Position numbers and translations under genes: made by a program
Notes under the pieces: generated by a model
What the model was told of the DNA's origin: nothing
Seen by the model: only the letters and a program-made list of their open reading frames with translations
Database searches by the model: none
Shown: positions 1 through 17,122 of the stretch, piece after piece
How the letters are laid out: the number at the start of each line of letters is the position of its first letter
Position numbering within the stretch: the first letter of the stretch is position 1
From: the human T2T-CHM13v2.0 reference genome, Homo sapiens
DNA length: 64,000 bases
Strand: one strand, 5' to 3'
NCBI RefSeq assembly: GCF_009914755.1
Contig: NC_060941.1

Positions 1-141
1 CCCGTCCTCCTTCTCGCCTTCCCACCAGCCGCCGTCCGGGACCTGCAGCAGCGTGATCAGCTCGCCCGCGGCGAAGCGCAGCCCCTGGCCGTGCCGCTCC
101 CCGGAGAAGGGGTACAGGGTCCGGCAGCGAGCGCCGGACAT
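1..141 (-). CDS. GAS7: GAS7 (growth arrest-specific 7) first coding exon, N-terminal SH3 domain; truncated by window edge
   Basis: Reverse complement from ATG at 141-139 reads 47 codons MSGARCRTLYPFSGERHGQGLRFAAGELITLLQVPDGGWWEGEKEDG with no stop. It shows SH3 hallmarks (LYPF, L-x-F-x-x-G-E, GWWEG), matches the recalled human GAS7 long-isoform N-terminus, and has Kozak context AAGGCC-ATG. Confidence 0.95.
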   Translation of the reverse strand, partial: MSGARCRTLYPFSGERHGQGLRFAAGELITLLQVPDGGWWEGEKEDG

Positions 142-158
142 GGCCTTGGCGCCCGGGT

Positions 159-176
159 TCACAGCGCAGCCTGCAT
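159..176 (-). other. Short upstream ORF (MQAAL*) in putative GAS7 5'UTR
   Basis: Minus strand ATG CAG GCT GCG CTG TGA; ends 17 nt before the main ATG; G at -3. Confidence 0.6.
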
Positions 177-492
177 TCCCGCCGAGCCCCACGGGCTGGG
201 CAGCGGCTCCGCGGGGTCCCAGGCGCCCGGCGCTCCGGGCTCCCGCGCTCTGGGCGCGCGCCGTCTCTGGGGTGCACGGGGGTCCTCAGGCAGGCGGGGG
301 GACGCGCGCTCCGCGCCGGGAAGCAGAGACTCGTTGGCTTCGCAGAGCGAGCGGCGACGCCCCCGGGCCGGGCAGCTCGCGGATCCTAGCTCTGGGCTGG
401 GGGGCGGGGCTCAGGGGGAGGAGACCCAGGCGCCGCGGGCTCCGGAGACAACTTCCCGGGAACGCGGAACGCGGGCTGCCGCCGCGAGGGCT

Positions 493-526
493 GGCCGGGG
501 CCGGGGCCGGGACCGGGGCCGGGGCC
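493..526 (+). repeat. Interrupted GGGGCC hexamer repeat, G-quadruplex-capable
   Basis: GGCC(GGGGCC)2 GGGACC (GGGGCC)2 read directly. Confidence 0.85.
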
Positions 527-1434
527 GCCCTGGCGCGCGGAAATGCGCAGCTCCCCCGGGAGGTGGGACCCGGAGCATCCCCCGCGGCAGGACTCCGCGG
601 CGGGAGGCCGTGGAGAGGAGCTGGCGGCCGGGTGGCCGGGCGGGGGTTAGCTCACTGGCGAGGGGGCGGGCCGGGGCGGGGCCAGGGCGGCCACGCCCGC
701 GGAGGGCTGCGCGCTCCCTCGCAGAGGGGCCTGTCACTGGGGAGAGGGGCTCCCACTCGCGCCCCCACCGCCGGGGACCGCGGGAATGGAAACGCCCCTC
801 TGTTCTGTGCCTGCTTTGTAGGCCTGGCGGCCCGTGGCGTGCGGGCGGCTTCTTCGAGGTGTCTGCGAGGGATCGTTTGTGGTTGTCATTGTAGTGGTTG
901 AACCTGGGGTTGAACTTGTCTCACCGGAAACTGAACAATGGGTGAAAGACAGGTTTGAAGCCTGGCGCCTGCGCCCAGCAGCCTGGTGGCAGCGTGGCAC
1001 GCTGGAGGGACGGAATGGAGAGAAGACGGGGTCGGAGTTGATAGAATTGGAAACAGTCGATGGGGATAAATGGAGGAAAGGCGAACGGTGAGAGGAACAG
1101 CACCAATGCTTTTACTTGCAGAGGGAAGGCCGGCCCAGGGTACCAGCCCTCCCGAAATCGAGATGGGTTGGCTAAAGCGTCTACACTCATGTAGTCAGTC
1201 AACAAACATTACCAGGAGGCTGCCATGTTCCATGCGATGTGCCAGGTACTACAAAGATCATTTGGGCCAGTCCCTGCTCTCCAGGGACCAGTGAACCTGA
1301 GTGCTGCAGAATGTTGACCTTGAACTGACCGTACAGAAGTAAAAGAAAGCTTGGTTTCCTTGCTAGTCTACTCCATAAAAAATTTTAAAGAAATAAAATA
1401 AAGTACATTTTTTAGCCTGTAAATAGCTGGACTC

Positions 1435-1730
<296 letters not shown>

Positions 1731-2599
1731 GCTGGACCCTTTAATACGCCTGTATACCTCTGTCTACTCCTTCCCCCCTCCCCCAGTCACCTTCTGTGGC
1801 TCCCTATTGCCTTTTAAATTTGGTACAAACTTCTCTGCCTGTACATTTCAGGCCCTCCACAACGCCTCCTCTAGCTTCACCTCTTACTATGACTGCCTAG
1901 ATATCCATTACAAAACCAGTCAGGCCGGGCTCCAAGAGCCTGAAGATCTTGCACACCTGTCTATGCTTTGAATCAGACCCTGGCACAGAGCCTTTCACCT
2001 AGTTCAATGGTTCTCAATCCTGGCTGCACATTACAGTCATTATGCAACTTTTTAAAAATACTCATGCCCAGGTTTTAAGAGTCACTACTGAGCCCTAGTC
2101 TGCAGCTAAGCCATCTCACCTGAGCAGCCTCCATCTGTTCTCTGGCCATGGGCAAAGTGACACATGCAGATTATTTGTAATAGTCCATCAATTGCAAAGT
2201 CTTGAACATTCGCTTGGCCGGAAATATAAAGAAACAAACTCTTGACCACAGTCACCACTAAGAGTCCCTTAAAGCGGAGCTGCATAACTTCATATCAAAA
2301 ACAGTCATTAAAAATAGCTGGCCCAATGAAGTTTTAAAAGAGATACAATTCCTTGTATCAGGAAAATATGTGACTTCCAGCAGGCTGTTCTGAGGCTTCA
2401 TTCCTGATGATGTGGCCTGAATCAAGGTAGGACAACTGATTTCCAGCCATCCTGCAACCCTAATTCTCTGCATGCCCGTGAGGAACTGTGATCCAGTTTG
2501 GACTTGAGAAATCGCAGCCTACACAGCATGCCATACACTTGAGTTCTACCTGACCCACCTCAAACATTCCTGCAGCAACCAAAAATGATAATAGCTGTT

Positions 2600-2770
2600 A
2601 ATTTCTCCACTTAATTCATTTCATTCCTGTAATCCTACGAGCTGATGAGGTGACTGTTGTCCCAGTTTTCAGGTAAAGAAACTGGGCTCAAAGAGTGTGA
2701 CTTGCTCACCATCATACAGCTGGTCAACAGCAGAATCAGCTTTGAACTCAATTCTAGCTTATTGTACACT
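2600..2770 (-). mobile_element. MIR fragment
   Basis: MIR core-like (gaaactgggctcaaagagtgtgacttgctc). Confidence 0.55.
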
Positions 2771-2860
2771 GGTGTTGCTTTCTGTCGTCCCCCCTGCCAG
2801 TCAGAAAGCAGGTATCCTAGTGACTCACCCACAAATAGCATCTTAAGAGAAAGTTCTCTA

Positions 2861-3203
<343 letters not shown>

Positions 3204-3374
3204 TCATAGAAATAAGACTGGACTAGCAGTTAGTGGAACTCCTGTTGCTGATCTCTTATCAATCAGGTAACCTCCAAATCCTCAAGTCTTCCCATACCTT
3301 TGGGTCTATTTCCCCGTCTGTAATTGGAGATCGAATCCAGTAACTGGAATATGGGAATTTAAATGGTTAAATGT

Positions 3375-3610
3375 AGTTAGTGGTTAAATATGTTGGCTCT
3401 GGACTGCCTTTATTCAAACCCCATTTCTGCCACTTTCTAGCTGTGTGGCATTGGGTGATTTACTTACGTCTCTGAGCGTCATTTTCCTCATCACTACAAG
3501 AAGACAACAGTAGTATTAATATCATAGAGTTATTAAGAAGATTAAGTGAGGAAGCATGTAAACTGTTTAGAGCAGTGCCTGGCACATTAAATGCCCCTAT
3601 GTTAGCGATT
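3375..3610 (+). mobile_element. MIR
   Basis: MIR consensus similarity (ctagctgtgtggcattggg...cagtgcctggcaca). Confidence 0.65.
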
Positions 3611-3786
3611 GTTTTTATCTATCCAGTTCAAGGGTCCTGGTGATTTATTACGTAACACTTCTTTTTTAACTAAGATTTCTAGAGCAACAATAGAAGGAGG
3701 AACTCTTACATCTTTGGGATGCCACAAATTTTGTAGAAACACACTTTGGCTTTCTGTTTTCTCCCAGGATCTTGAAGGAAAGATAA

Positions 3787-4360
<574 letters not shown>

Positions 4361-4470
4361 TACTTTTGCTTTTTAAAAAAATAATAATTATTATTAAGTC
4401 TTATTTTACTGGTTAGACTGTTAGTAACTCAGGAGAGGGATAGCATCTTTGTTTTAAATTTCCATCTATC

Positions 4471-4763
<293 letters not shown>

Positions 4764-5046
4764 TATCTATCCTTCTTAAAGCCTAACGTTGACTCATACA
4801 AAAAGCAGGCATTCAGTACTTCTTGATCTTTTGCATAGATTGTTTGGACCCTGTTCATATTTAGATTTTCTACTTGCTAAGTTGTTGTATAAACCTGTGT
4901 CAGAGCTTTCTCTAGACACTGTGCATTTGTTAGTTATGTGGTGGCTGGTATTTCATTTCTACCCAAGACAACCTTATACACCTTTCTATCAGCCTATGGA
5001 TGGCAGAGAAATGGAAAGGTTTCCATTTCTTTACAACGTTAAACAT

Positions 5047-5377
5047 AGCCAGGCGTGGTCGCTCATACCTGTAATCCCAATGCTTTGAGAGGCTGAGGCT
5101 GTGGGTTCCCTTGAGGCCAAGAGTTTAGGACCAGCCCAGACAACATAGTAAGACCCCTGTCTCTACAAAAAATAAAATAAAATAGAAAATAAATAAAATA
5201 ATTTAGCCACAGGACGTGGTGACATATCCCTGTGGTCCCAGCTACTCAGGAGGCTGAGGTGGGAGGATCACTTGAGCCTAGGAGATCGAGGCTGCAGTGA
5301 GCCATGACCACACAACTGCACTCCAGCCTGGGCAGCAGTGCAAGCCCCTGTCTAAAAAAAAGAAAAAGGAAGAAAAA
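5047..5377 (+). mobile_element. AluJ
   Basis: Dimeric Alu with J-type right arm (gggaggatcacttgagcc). Confidence 0.85.
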
Positions 5378-5379
5378 GC

Positions 5380-5930
5380 AAGTTAAATATAAATTTACCT
5401 AATGACCCAGCAATTTATTCCGAGGCATCTACCTAAGAGAAATGAAAACATATGTCCACACAAAACTTGTAGTGAATGTTCATAGCAGTATTATTCACAG
5501 AAGTCAAACAGTGGAAATAATCTAAATGTCCATCAGCTGGTGAATAGATAGACAAGATGTAGTATGCCAATACAATGGAATATTTACTCAGCCATGAGAA
5601 GGAGATATTGATTCACGCAACAACATGGATGAACCTCAAAGACATTGTGCTAAGTGAAAGAAGCCAGACACAAAAGGCAATGTATTATATGATTCCATTT
5701 ATATGCAACGTCCAGAAAAGGCAAATCCATAGACACAATTTAAAAATTAGTGGTCACCTGGAGTTGGAGCTGCAAACAAGGAAGAAAGAAACAAACACAA
5801 GGTTTCTCTGAGGCGATGTAAATGTTCTAAAATTAGTTTGTGGTAATGATCACACAACACAGTAAGTCACGAAACTGTACACATAAAACAAGTAAAATTC
5901 GGGGCATATAAATTATACCTCAAAAAATTG
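5380..5930 (+). mobile_element. Old L1M 3' fragment
   Basis: gacccagcaatt..., acaacatggatgaacctc, aagtgaaagaagccagacacaaaag motifs. Confidence 0.8.
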
Positions 5931-6103
5931 TTAGTGTTGAGCAAAAATCAAAATTCATAATGATCTTCATCACCCAACAAGAGTTATCTTTTTCAACTCA
6001 TGTGTGCTATTTCATTCAACAACAGCTCGAAGAGGTGTTAAACACATATTAGAAAATGGACAGTGTGCTGGGCCTAGGGATAGAGAGATAACTATGACAG
6101 CTA

Positions 6104-6396
<293 letters not shown>

Positions 6397-6908
6397 TAGG
6401 TTTTAAAATAAAACAATTCCTATAGATCAATAAAGAAAACATAGACAACCCAACAGAAAAATGGGCAAAGAACTTGAACAGGCATTTCACAAAAGAAGAT
6501 ATCCAAATGACCTATTGGTCATATTAAAAGATGCACGACATCATTAATCATCAAGAAAGCATGATTTGCTTTTCTTTGATTTTGATTAAATCATAAGAAG
6601 GTATCAATATACACTCAGAAGTGATGAAGATAAAAACAGAACAGAAAATACCACATATTGGAGAGGCTGTGCTACACCCGGAGCTGTCATACACTGCTGG
6701 TGAGAGCCTGTTGGAAAATTGGCAGTATTTAGCACAGTGGAATTGAGTGTTCTCCATAACTCATCTAATCCCCTTCTAGGCATATAACCAACTAAGATAC
6801 GTTGATATGTCCAACAGAAGATGTATAACAATGTTCATAGCAGCACTATTTATAACAGCCCCAAACTGGAAACAACCCAATATCCATCAAACTAGAATTG
6901 ATAAATCA

Positions 6909-7263
<355 letters not shown>

Positions 7264-7369
7264 AGAGAGAATAAACAAACTATTGCTACATATAAGTGAA
7301 TCCCATAGATGTAATGTGGAGCAAAGAGCAAAAGCAGCCAAACACTAAAGAGCAGAGACATCATGATTC

Positions 7370-7953
7370 TGAGAGAGGAGGAAGGAAGAAACCAGTCAGG
7401 CAGGCAGTTAGGGTGGGTCCTTGGTAAAATTATTTCAAACAAAACAACAGCCTGAAAAATCAAACTGCAGGCACAGATTAGGGAACTTGCACAGGGTGGC
7501 TTGCCTAAGACATGCCAACAGCCACATAGATAAGAAAGGCTACACAGGGGACTTGCCCAGACATGCCCACAGTGGAAAATTCCACCCCCTGACACATGCG
7601 CAGTAAGAGGAACAAAGCAATGTGGAGTAATTCAAGCTAAGGAGCCCCATGTGCACTAGGAGGATGAGGTGGAGCTACCAGAAATTCACACCTTATACAA
7701 ATGAGAAGCCCAGCCCTCACTGGTTTCTTATAAAAGCCTCTGTATTCAACTGTGAAACGGCAACCCTCTTTCAGGCCCCCTCTCTGCAATGGAGAGCTTT
7801 CTCCTTTCACTTATTAAACTTTTGCTCCAACCTCACCCTTGGTGTCTATGCTCCTTAATTTTCTTGGTCATGAGACAAAGAACTTCAGGTGATACCTTGG
7901 GCAACACCAAGGTACACCAATGCTACATTGGGTGCATTGGCGAGACTGTAACA
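7370..7953 (+). mobile_element. ERV1-class solo LTR (subfamily uncertain, MER83/MER84-like)
   Basis: TG...CA termini, perfect 4-bp TSD ATTC (7366-7369 / 7954-7957), TATA-like TTATAAAA ~7727, ATTAAA ~7813. Confidence 0.85.
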
Positions 7954-8164
7954 ATTCCATTTATATGACATTCCTAGAAGTCAGGAGAGGAGTTATTTTG
8001 GGGAAAGGTAGTGACGGCACAGGGGTGTCTAGGTTGCTGATAATAATCTATTCCTTGATCCTCTTGCTAGTTACATGAGCTGTTCTCCAGTCTGTATACT
8101 AATTTGTGCGCTTCTCTGTGTGGATGCTATTTTTCAATATGGTTTGTTAAAAAATAATAGTATT

Positions 8165-8321
8165 GGGGGGAGGGGGGAGGGATAGCATTAGGAGATATAC
8201 CTAATGCTAAATGACGAGTTAATGGGTGCAGCACACCAGCATGGCACATGTATACATATGTAACTAACCTGCACATTGTGCACATGTACCCTAAAACTTG
8301 AAGTATAATAATAATAATAAT
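8165..8321 (+). mobile_element. Severely 5'-truncated young L1PA (L1PA3-like) 3' end
   Basis: Near-consensus L1PA 3'UTR, (AAT)n tail, TSD AATAATAGTATT (8153-8164 / 8322-8333). Confidence 0.9.
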
Positions 8322-8335
8322 AATAATAGTATTCT

Positions 8336-8642
<307 letters not shown>

Positions 8643-9139
8643 ATCACAATGGTATTCTAATCTCAAAGAATTTGTAGTCTAAATTCTACAGAGATGCTTT
8701 CCAAACTTTTTTGACTCTACACCCCTATCAGTAAAACTCCCGGAGATATCTACTTCTCTTATCTATGAATTAAATAGATGAACCACTAAACTAATAAGCA
8801 TATTATCATAGAATTAAAAATTTAAAAAGGTTATATTGAAGTAGATGTAATATTCAAATAGCTGTTCTAATATTGTCTTCCTGCACCATAATGGAAGTTT
8901 TATGTACTTCTCAGTGATCTTGAGAATCGGTTTCAAGAAGATACTGGGAAGGGAAAGAAAGTTAATATACTGAAAATAAGCATTTTGGAATCATGACTTC
9001 AGAGAAATAAATGGGTCCAGTTCTCCCCTTGCAGTCCGGAAGAAACCTGGCGTTGGGCCTCCATGGAAGAGGAAGTGTGAAGAGTTCTATCCATCCCTTC
9101 CTTGATTTTCTCATCCAGAATCTCAGCCAGAGTTCCAGC

Positions 9140-9290
9140 CAAAGATTCTGAAACTTAAACATGTATAAGGATCACTGGAGAAACATGTTAGAAAGGATGC
9201 CTATTTTTAGGCCACCTTCCCAGAGATTAGTGGGTCTGGGATGGGACCCGGGAATCTGTGTTTTCAACAAAATCCCCAGAGTACTGTGGG
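9140..9290. mobile_element. MER5-like hAT relic
   Basis: agtgggtctgggatgggacccgggaatctgtgttttcaacaa motif. Confidence 0.55.
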
Positions 9291-9319
9291 GTTTTCAGAC
9301 TGTATTTCAAAGGTTGTTG

Positions 9320-9860
<541 letters not shown>

Positions 9861-9927
9861 TAGAGTGTCTTCATTTATAAGAAGGGTTTACGTTGGCATC
9901 TTGTTTGGCCAGGCCCACCAATGTTTA

Positions 9928-10275
<348 letters not shown>

Positions 10276-10993
10276 CTAGAGGCAGACAGAAAACAGTAAT
10301 AGATCAAAGAGGAAAGAAACAATTTGGGGAACAGGAGACAGAGAATATAGAATAAGAAAAGAAGAGTAGGATAGAAAAGAGAAGGGAAAGGGGCGAGAGA
10401 GGGGAAGGAGGTGGGAGCGTGGAGAAGAAAGAGAAAACAAAGCCCAGCCTTCTCCCAGGTCTTCCAAGATCTCCACCCACTCCCTCACAAACACAGCTTC
10501 CCTGGTGTAAGCTAAAGGTTTCATTTGCAGAAGCAGCATGAAGCAAGAGAAAAGGAGAAGGGAAGAAATAAGTTGTGTGACCAGAAATAACACAAACTGA
10601 AGTCTGCTTTTTCACTGCTATTGCTTGGTGGGTGTGGAAAGGAGTTCCAGCCCCATCCTCACTGTTCCCTAACAGCAGCACAGAAATATGGAAATGAGAT
10701 TGCCCTTTGGGAGTAAATAACAGTAAAATATCCACGGAGGAGCGAGGCTGAGCAGAGATATGCAAAGCCACAGAAAGAGACAGAAAGGCAGAAAGTCTCC
10801 AGGGCCAGGACCCAACTCCGATGTGATGTCGCTATTAACATATCTGAAGCTTGGAAAAATCCACCCAAAGAAGGGTGGGCTGTCTAAGAAAAGCTTAGAA
10901 AAGAAGTTTACGAAAATTGCTGTCCCTCCCTGGCTCAGTGTTATCCCTCCTTGTGGCTCCTTTGCCCAGGGCCACACGGTCCCTTCATTCTTG

Positions 10994-10995
<2 letters not shown>

Positions 10996-11030
<35 letters not shown>
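10996..11030. repeat. (CA)n microsatellite
   Basis: About 17 perfect units. Confidence 0.95.
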
Positions 11031-11032
<2 letters not shown>

Positions 11033-11207
11033 CAGGCACGCACGCAGAACTACCCTTGATTACACACCCAGTCTGCTTCTCTTGCCCCGAAGACAAGCCA
11101 GATCCTAATTTCCCCAGCGTTGTGGCAGAAACTGAGGTTTTCATTTGTAGGTGGTGTCCCTCTATTGTGTAGAAATGGTTCTCCAGTGCGCATTAAAAGC
11201 AGCTTAG

Positions 11208-11539
<332 letters not shown>

Positions 11540-12466
11540 TCAGAAACAAACAAAACGCACAGGAATGACCTGGCCACGGGTTCTTGGCTTTTTTGTGGAC
11601 AAAGGGGCTGGCCAAGGAAGACTGTCAGGAATAGCACATTTCTTTCTCAGAACAAATCCCCGGCACGAGTCTTCATTCTTTTGAAGATAAAAATAAATTC
11701 GGAATTAATCACAACAGAAAAGGAACAGTGTCTTCAATGACTATAATTAGTTCTCCATTTATTAATGAAGACTCCAATGATTAGGCTCATCCGAGTCCCA
11801 ACTGTTTTGCTTGGTAATTACACACCTAAGAAAAGGGGTTTCACCTCTGTAAACCTCAATTTCCTCATCTGCAGGACAGGGATGGGGGGACCTATTTCAT
11901 TAGGCCGTGGAAAAGATTGCAGAAAGCCGTCTGGGGGATGTGGTTGGCCGAGAGTCCAGCTGTGGGGAATGTACAGCATGCCTTCTGCAGAGAACTGGCT
12001 TCAGACCAGAAGAAACTTGACTTGATGTATTCAGAAGCCAGCATGTTCTGTGGAAACTTCCAGGCCTGGTATCACAGGGAGTAGGGAGGTAGAGGGAATG
12101 CTTATTTACACTGTAGACTCATAAAAATTCCTTCCAGAGCCTCTGGGTACAACCTGGATGAGGTAATAGAACGCACATTTACATACCTGTGGACTTCCCC
12201 AGCAGGATCTCCCTGTCAGACAAAGGAGGATTTCCCAAGCCCTTCCCACGGTCACCTGAAGGTCAGAGGCTGAGAAGCAGGAACGAGTTCATGGGGACCT
12301 GTGGGGCAGCCTGGACACTGGGCAGAAAGGGCTTCATGAGAACCATCTTGGAAATGAAAGGGCACATGGCTGGGGCCTCTCTGGGCAGTCAGAGTTAAAA
12401 TAATAACACAGGGAAGCCTGGCATTCCCAGAGGCCAATATCCAGATGCTTCAACAATCTGGAATTC

Positions 12467-12761
12467 GGCCGGGCGCAGTGGCTCACGCCTGTCATCCCAG
12501 GACTTTGGGAGGCTGAGGCGGGTGGATCACCTGAGGTCGGGAATTCAAGACCAGCCTGGCCGACATGGTGAAATCCCGTTTCTACTAAAAATACAAAAAT
12601 TAGCCAGACGTGATGGCATGTGCTTATAATCCCAGCTACTCAGGAGGCTGAGGCAGGAGAATCACTGAATCCAGGAGGCAGAGGTTGCAGTGAGCCAAGA
12701 TCACACCATTCCATTCTAGACTGGGCGACAGAGGGAGACTCCGTCTAAGAAAAAAAAAAAA
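12467..12761 (+). mobile_element. AluSx-like
   Basis: Dimeric Alu, TSD aatcYRgaattc. Confidence 0.9.
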
Positions 12762-12927
12762 ATCCAGAATTCAGTGACGACTGAGCAAAAGGAATTTTGA
12801 ATAAACAAGGTGAAAAGTGTGTATCATGTTGTTCATTGTTGAAGGGAGCAGTAGGGAAATGGGGTTCATGAGACTATCTTCTCTACTTGTTTATAGGTTT
12901 GAAATTTTTCATAATAAAAAAAAGGAA

Positions 12928-13203
12928 GGCCAAGCGTGGCGGCTCATGCCTATAATCCTAGCACTTTGGGAGGCTGAGGCAGGAGGATTGCTTGAGTTCA
13001 GCAGTTCAAGACCAGCTTAGGCAACCTAGTGAGACCGCATCTCTCTACAAAAAATTAAAAATTACTCGGGCATGATAGTGTGTGTCTATAGTGCCAGCTA
13101 CTCGGGAGGCTCAGGCAGGAGGACCGCTTGAGCTCAGGGGTTTGAGGTTGTAGTGAGCCGAGATTTTGCCACTGCACTCCAGCCTGGGAAATAGAAAAAA
13201 AAA
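12928..13203 (+). mobile_element. AluJ
   Basis: Diverged dimeric Alu. Confidence 0.85.
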
Positions 13204-13343
13204 GGAAATATATGCATCTTAGCTTACTCCATATACCTACTCCTCTGAAAGACCATCAGAATCTCAGTTAGAGCCTATCCACTCACAGTTTTCAAACAAT
13301 TCTAACAACAGATCTTTTTAATCTAGCATTTTTCAGATAATAA

Positions 13344-14290
<947 letters not shown>

Positions 14291-14855
14291 ATAATGTATG
14301 GAAGAAGATATCGACAGCAGGAAGGAGCACCAGCTGACAACAGATTGACACTGGCAATGAGGGGTGGGGATAGGGATCAGAGAGAATCATTTTAAAAGAC
14401 TCAAGAAAACAAAAGGTGTCTAAACCAGAACTATTTAGCAACCATCAAGAGCCCTTTAAGATGTTGGTAATCAATATTCATTAAAAGACGGAGCGCTACT
14501 CTTCAAATATAAACATTATGCAAATATAAAGTACTATAAGAATGACAATGACCCTCAATCATTCCATTTTAACAGTCAAGGCAGTGTGTAATACTTTCTT
14601 GAATAATCTTCACCCATAGTGGTTAAAGGATTTCAAGTTATTTCAAGTGTTTGTAAGTGTCCAAAGACACAAGCACAACAAATTTAGCTTAAAGATCTTA
14701 ATTGGTTTTTATTTGTGATTCTAGAATTGGGCACCACTTCCTTCTGTAAAACAGAATGAGTGTTCCCACGAGCTGAGCAGAGGAGGTTGGTTTTATATTC
14801 AGAAAAGAGCTGGGGAAAGCAGAAACAAAATGTGGACTGCTATTTCAAAGTTAAA

Positions 14856-15170
14856 AGACCGGGCACGGTGGCTCACTACCTGTAATCCCAGCACTTAGGG
14901 AGGCCGAGGAAGGTGGATCACTTGAGGCCAGGAGTTCCAGACCAGCCTGGCCAACATAGCGAAACCCCATCTCTATTAAAAAATACAAAAATTAGCTGGG
15001 CGTGGTGGCACATGCCTATAATCCCAACTACTCAGGAAGCTGAGGCAGGAGAATCACTTGAAGCTGGGAGGTGGAGGTTGCGGTGAGCTGAGATCTTGCC
15101 AGTGCACTCACTCCAGCCTGGGTGGCAGAGGGAGACTCCATCTAAAAAAAAAAAAAAAAAAAAAAAAAAA
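14856..15170 (+). mobile_element. AluS
   Basis: Dimeric Alu, long A tail. Confidence 0.9.
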
Positions 15171-15181
15171 GTTAAAGGTTA

Positions 15182-15483
15182 GGCCAGGTGCAGTGGCTCA
15201 CACCTGTAACTCCTAGCACTTTGGAAGGCCGAGGCTGGAGGATCACTTGAAGGCCGGAGCTCCAGACCAGCCTGGGCAACACAGTGAGACCGCGTCTCTA
15301 CAACTTTTTTTTTTGAAATTAGCTGGGTGTGCTGGTTCACGCCTGTGGTCCCAGCTGCTCAGGAGACTAAGGCAGGAGGATCGCTTGAGCCCAGGAGTGT
15401 GAGGTTGCAGTGAGCCCTGATGGTGCCACTGCATTCCAACCTGCGCAACAGAGTGAGGCCCTGCCTCCAAAAAAATAAATAAA
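15182..15483 (+). mobile_element. AluJ
   Basis: Tandem downstream Alu. Confidence 0.85.
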
Positions 15484-15788
15484 GATTAAAGCCAAGGGCT
15501 CTTGTTTATCATGCCAGCTAAAACTGGCCTGTTTAGGGGATTATCTCTCTCTCTCCCGGTTTCTCAAAAGGTCAGATAAACAACTTAGCTTCTGTTTGGT
15601 AGCGTGGAACTTTAGCATGAGTGACTCCATTTTGGTTTGGTCTGTTGGGCCTGGTACAGGAGCTAGTGCAAACCAATGGCTTCCTATAAATTTGTGCATA
15701 TTAGGTGCTTCCTACTGGCCTCCTCACTGCAGCCACCCTAGAAATCTCAGCATATATTCTTTAAGGCACTCACTAAAAGAATAACCCT

Positions 15789-16091
<303 letters not shown>

Positions 16092-16780
16092 ACCCTGACT
16101 TGTGAGCAACCATTTGCCCTGGGCAGAACTTCAGGAATTAGGGGTAAACTGGGGATGGAAATAATTCTGAAGAAAAGCTGCTACTGGAGAAATTATTGCT
16201 AGTTATTGCTGATCATGTATTACAAACATAAGTGAAAGGAACAGTTTTGATTCTTGGACAAATTCATTTGTGTAGAACAACTCATTTTCTAACTAAAATG
16301 AAATGAGATGGCTGTTAATATTGGTCACCTGGGGGAAGAGGCTGGGCGTGGAGGGGGCGGGTGAGAGGAAAATATCCTGGCATTGTTTCATTAGCTACAA
16401 TGAGCTCATATTACTTTTGCAATCTAAAAAAGATTAAAAGGGAAATTAAGTATTCATAATAAGTAAGGAAATAATGAACATAGATTTTTGTACCTGTGGC
16501 CCTTCACCAGGTTAGTTAGGAGATCAAGATACTTAAGCCTATGGTGAGTTCCAACGTCCACCTCCGCTCTCTTTATGGGATCTGAACCTACTGGCATCCT
16601 AGTATTCTTGTGCGGTGACTTGTAACCTTAAACTCTGACTCTTGGCTCTCGTAAAAATCTTACAAAAGCGATTGTCCTACAGGAACAACTGTCTGCTAGT
16701 GAGTTGGTATTAGATTAAATCATGCAAAAATATCAATGCCAGATCATTTTTGGTCTACATGCATAGTTTAACTTAACAGT

Positions 16781-17122
<342 letters not shown>

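Larger units (their letters stand above)
1..1010. promoter_or_regulatory. GAS7: CpG island / GAS7 promoter and 5'UTR
   Basis: Very high GC and dense CpG compared with the CpG-depleted remainder. GC boxes GGGGCGGGGC at ~401-410 and ~673-682. Lies directly upstream of the GAS7 ATG on the minus strand. Confidence 0.9.
14647..15698 (-). mobile_element. ERV1 LTR (MER31/MER67-like) split by two Alus
   Basis: Minus strand ...TTTATAGGAAGCCATTGGTTTG...CAAACCAAAATGGAGTCACTCATGCTAAAG matches the recalled family 5' end. Confidence 0.7.

Noticed and set aside
53-1091. Long + and - strand ORFs (282, 267, 108 aa etc.) in the CpG island
   Set aside because: Stop-poor GC-rich DNA giving low-complexity R/G/P/A peptides, with mostly non-ATG starts and no recognisable domain; they overlap the GAS7 promoter.
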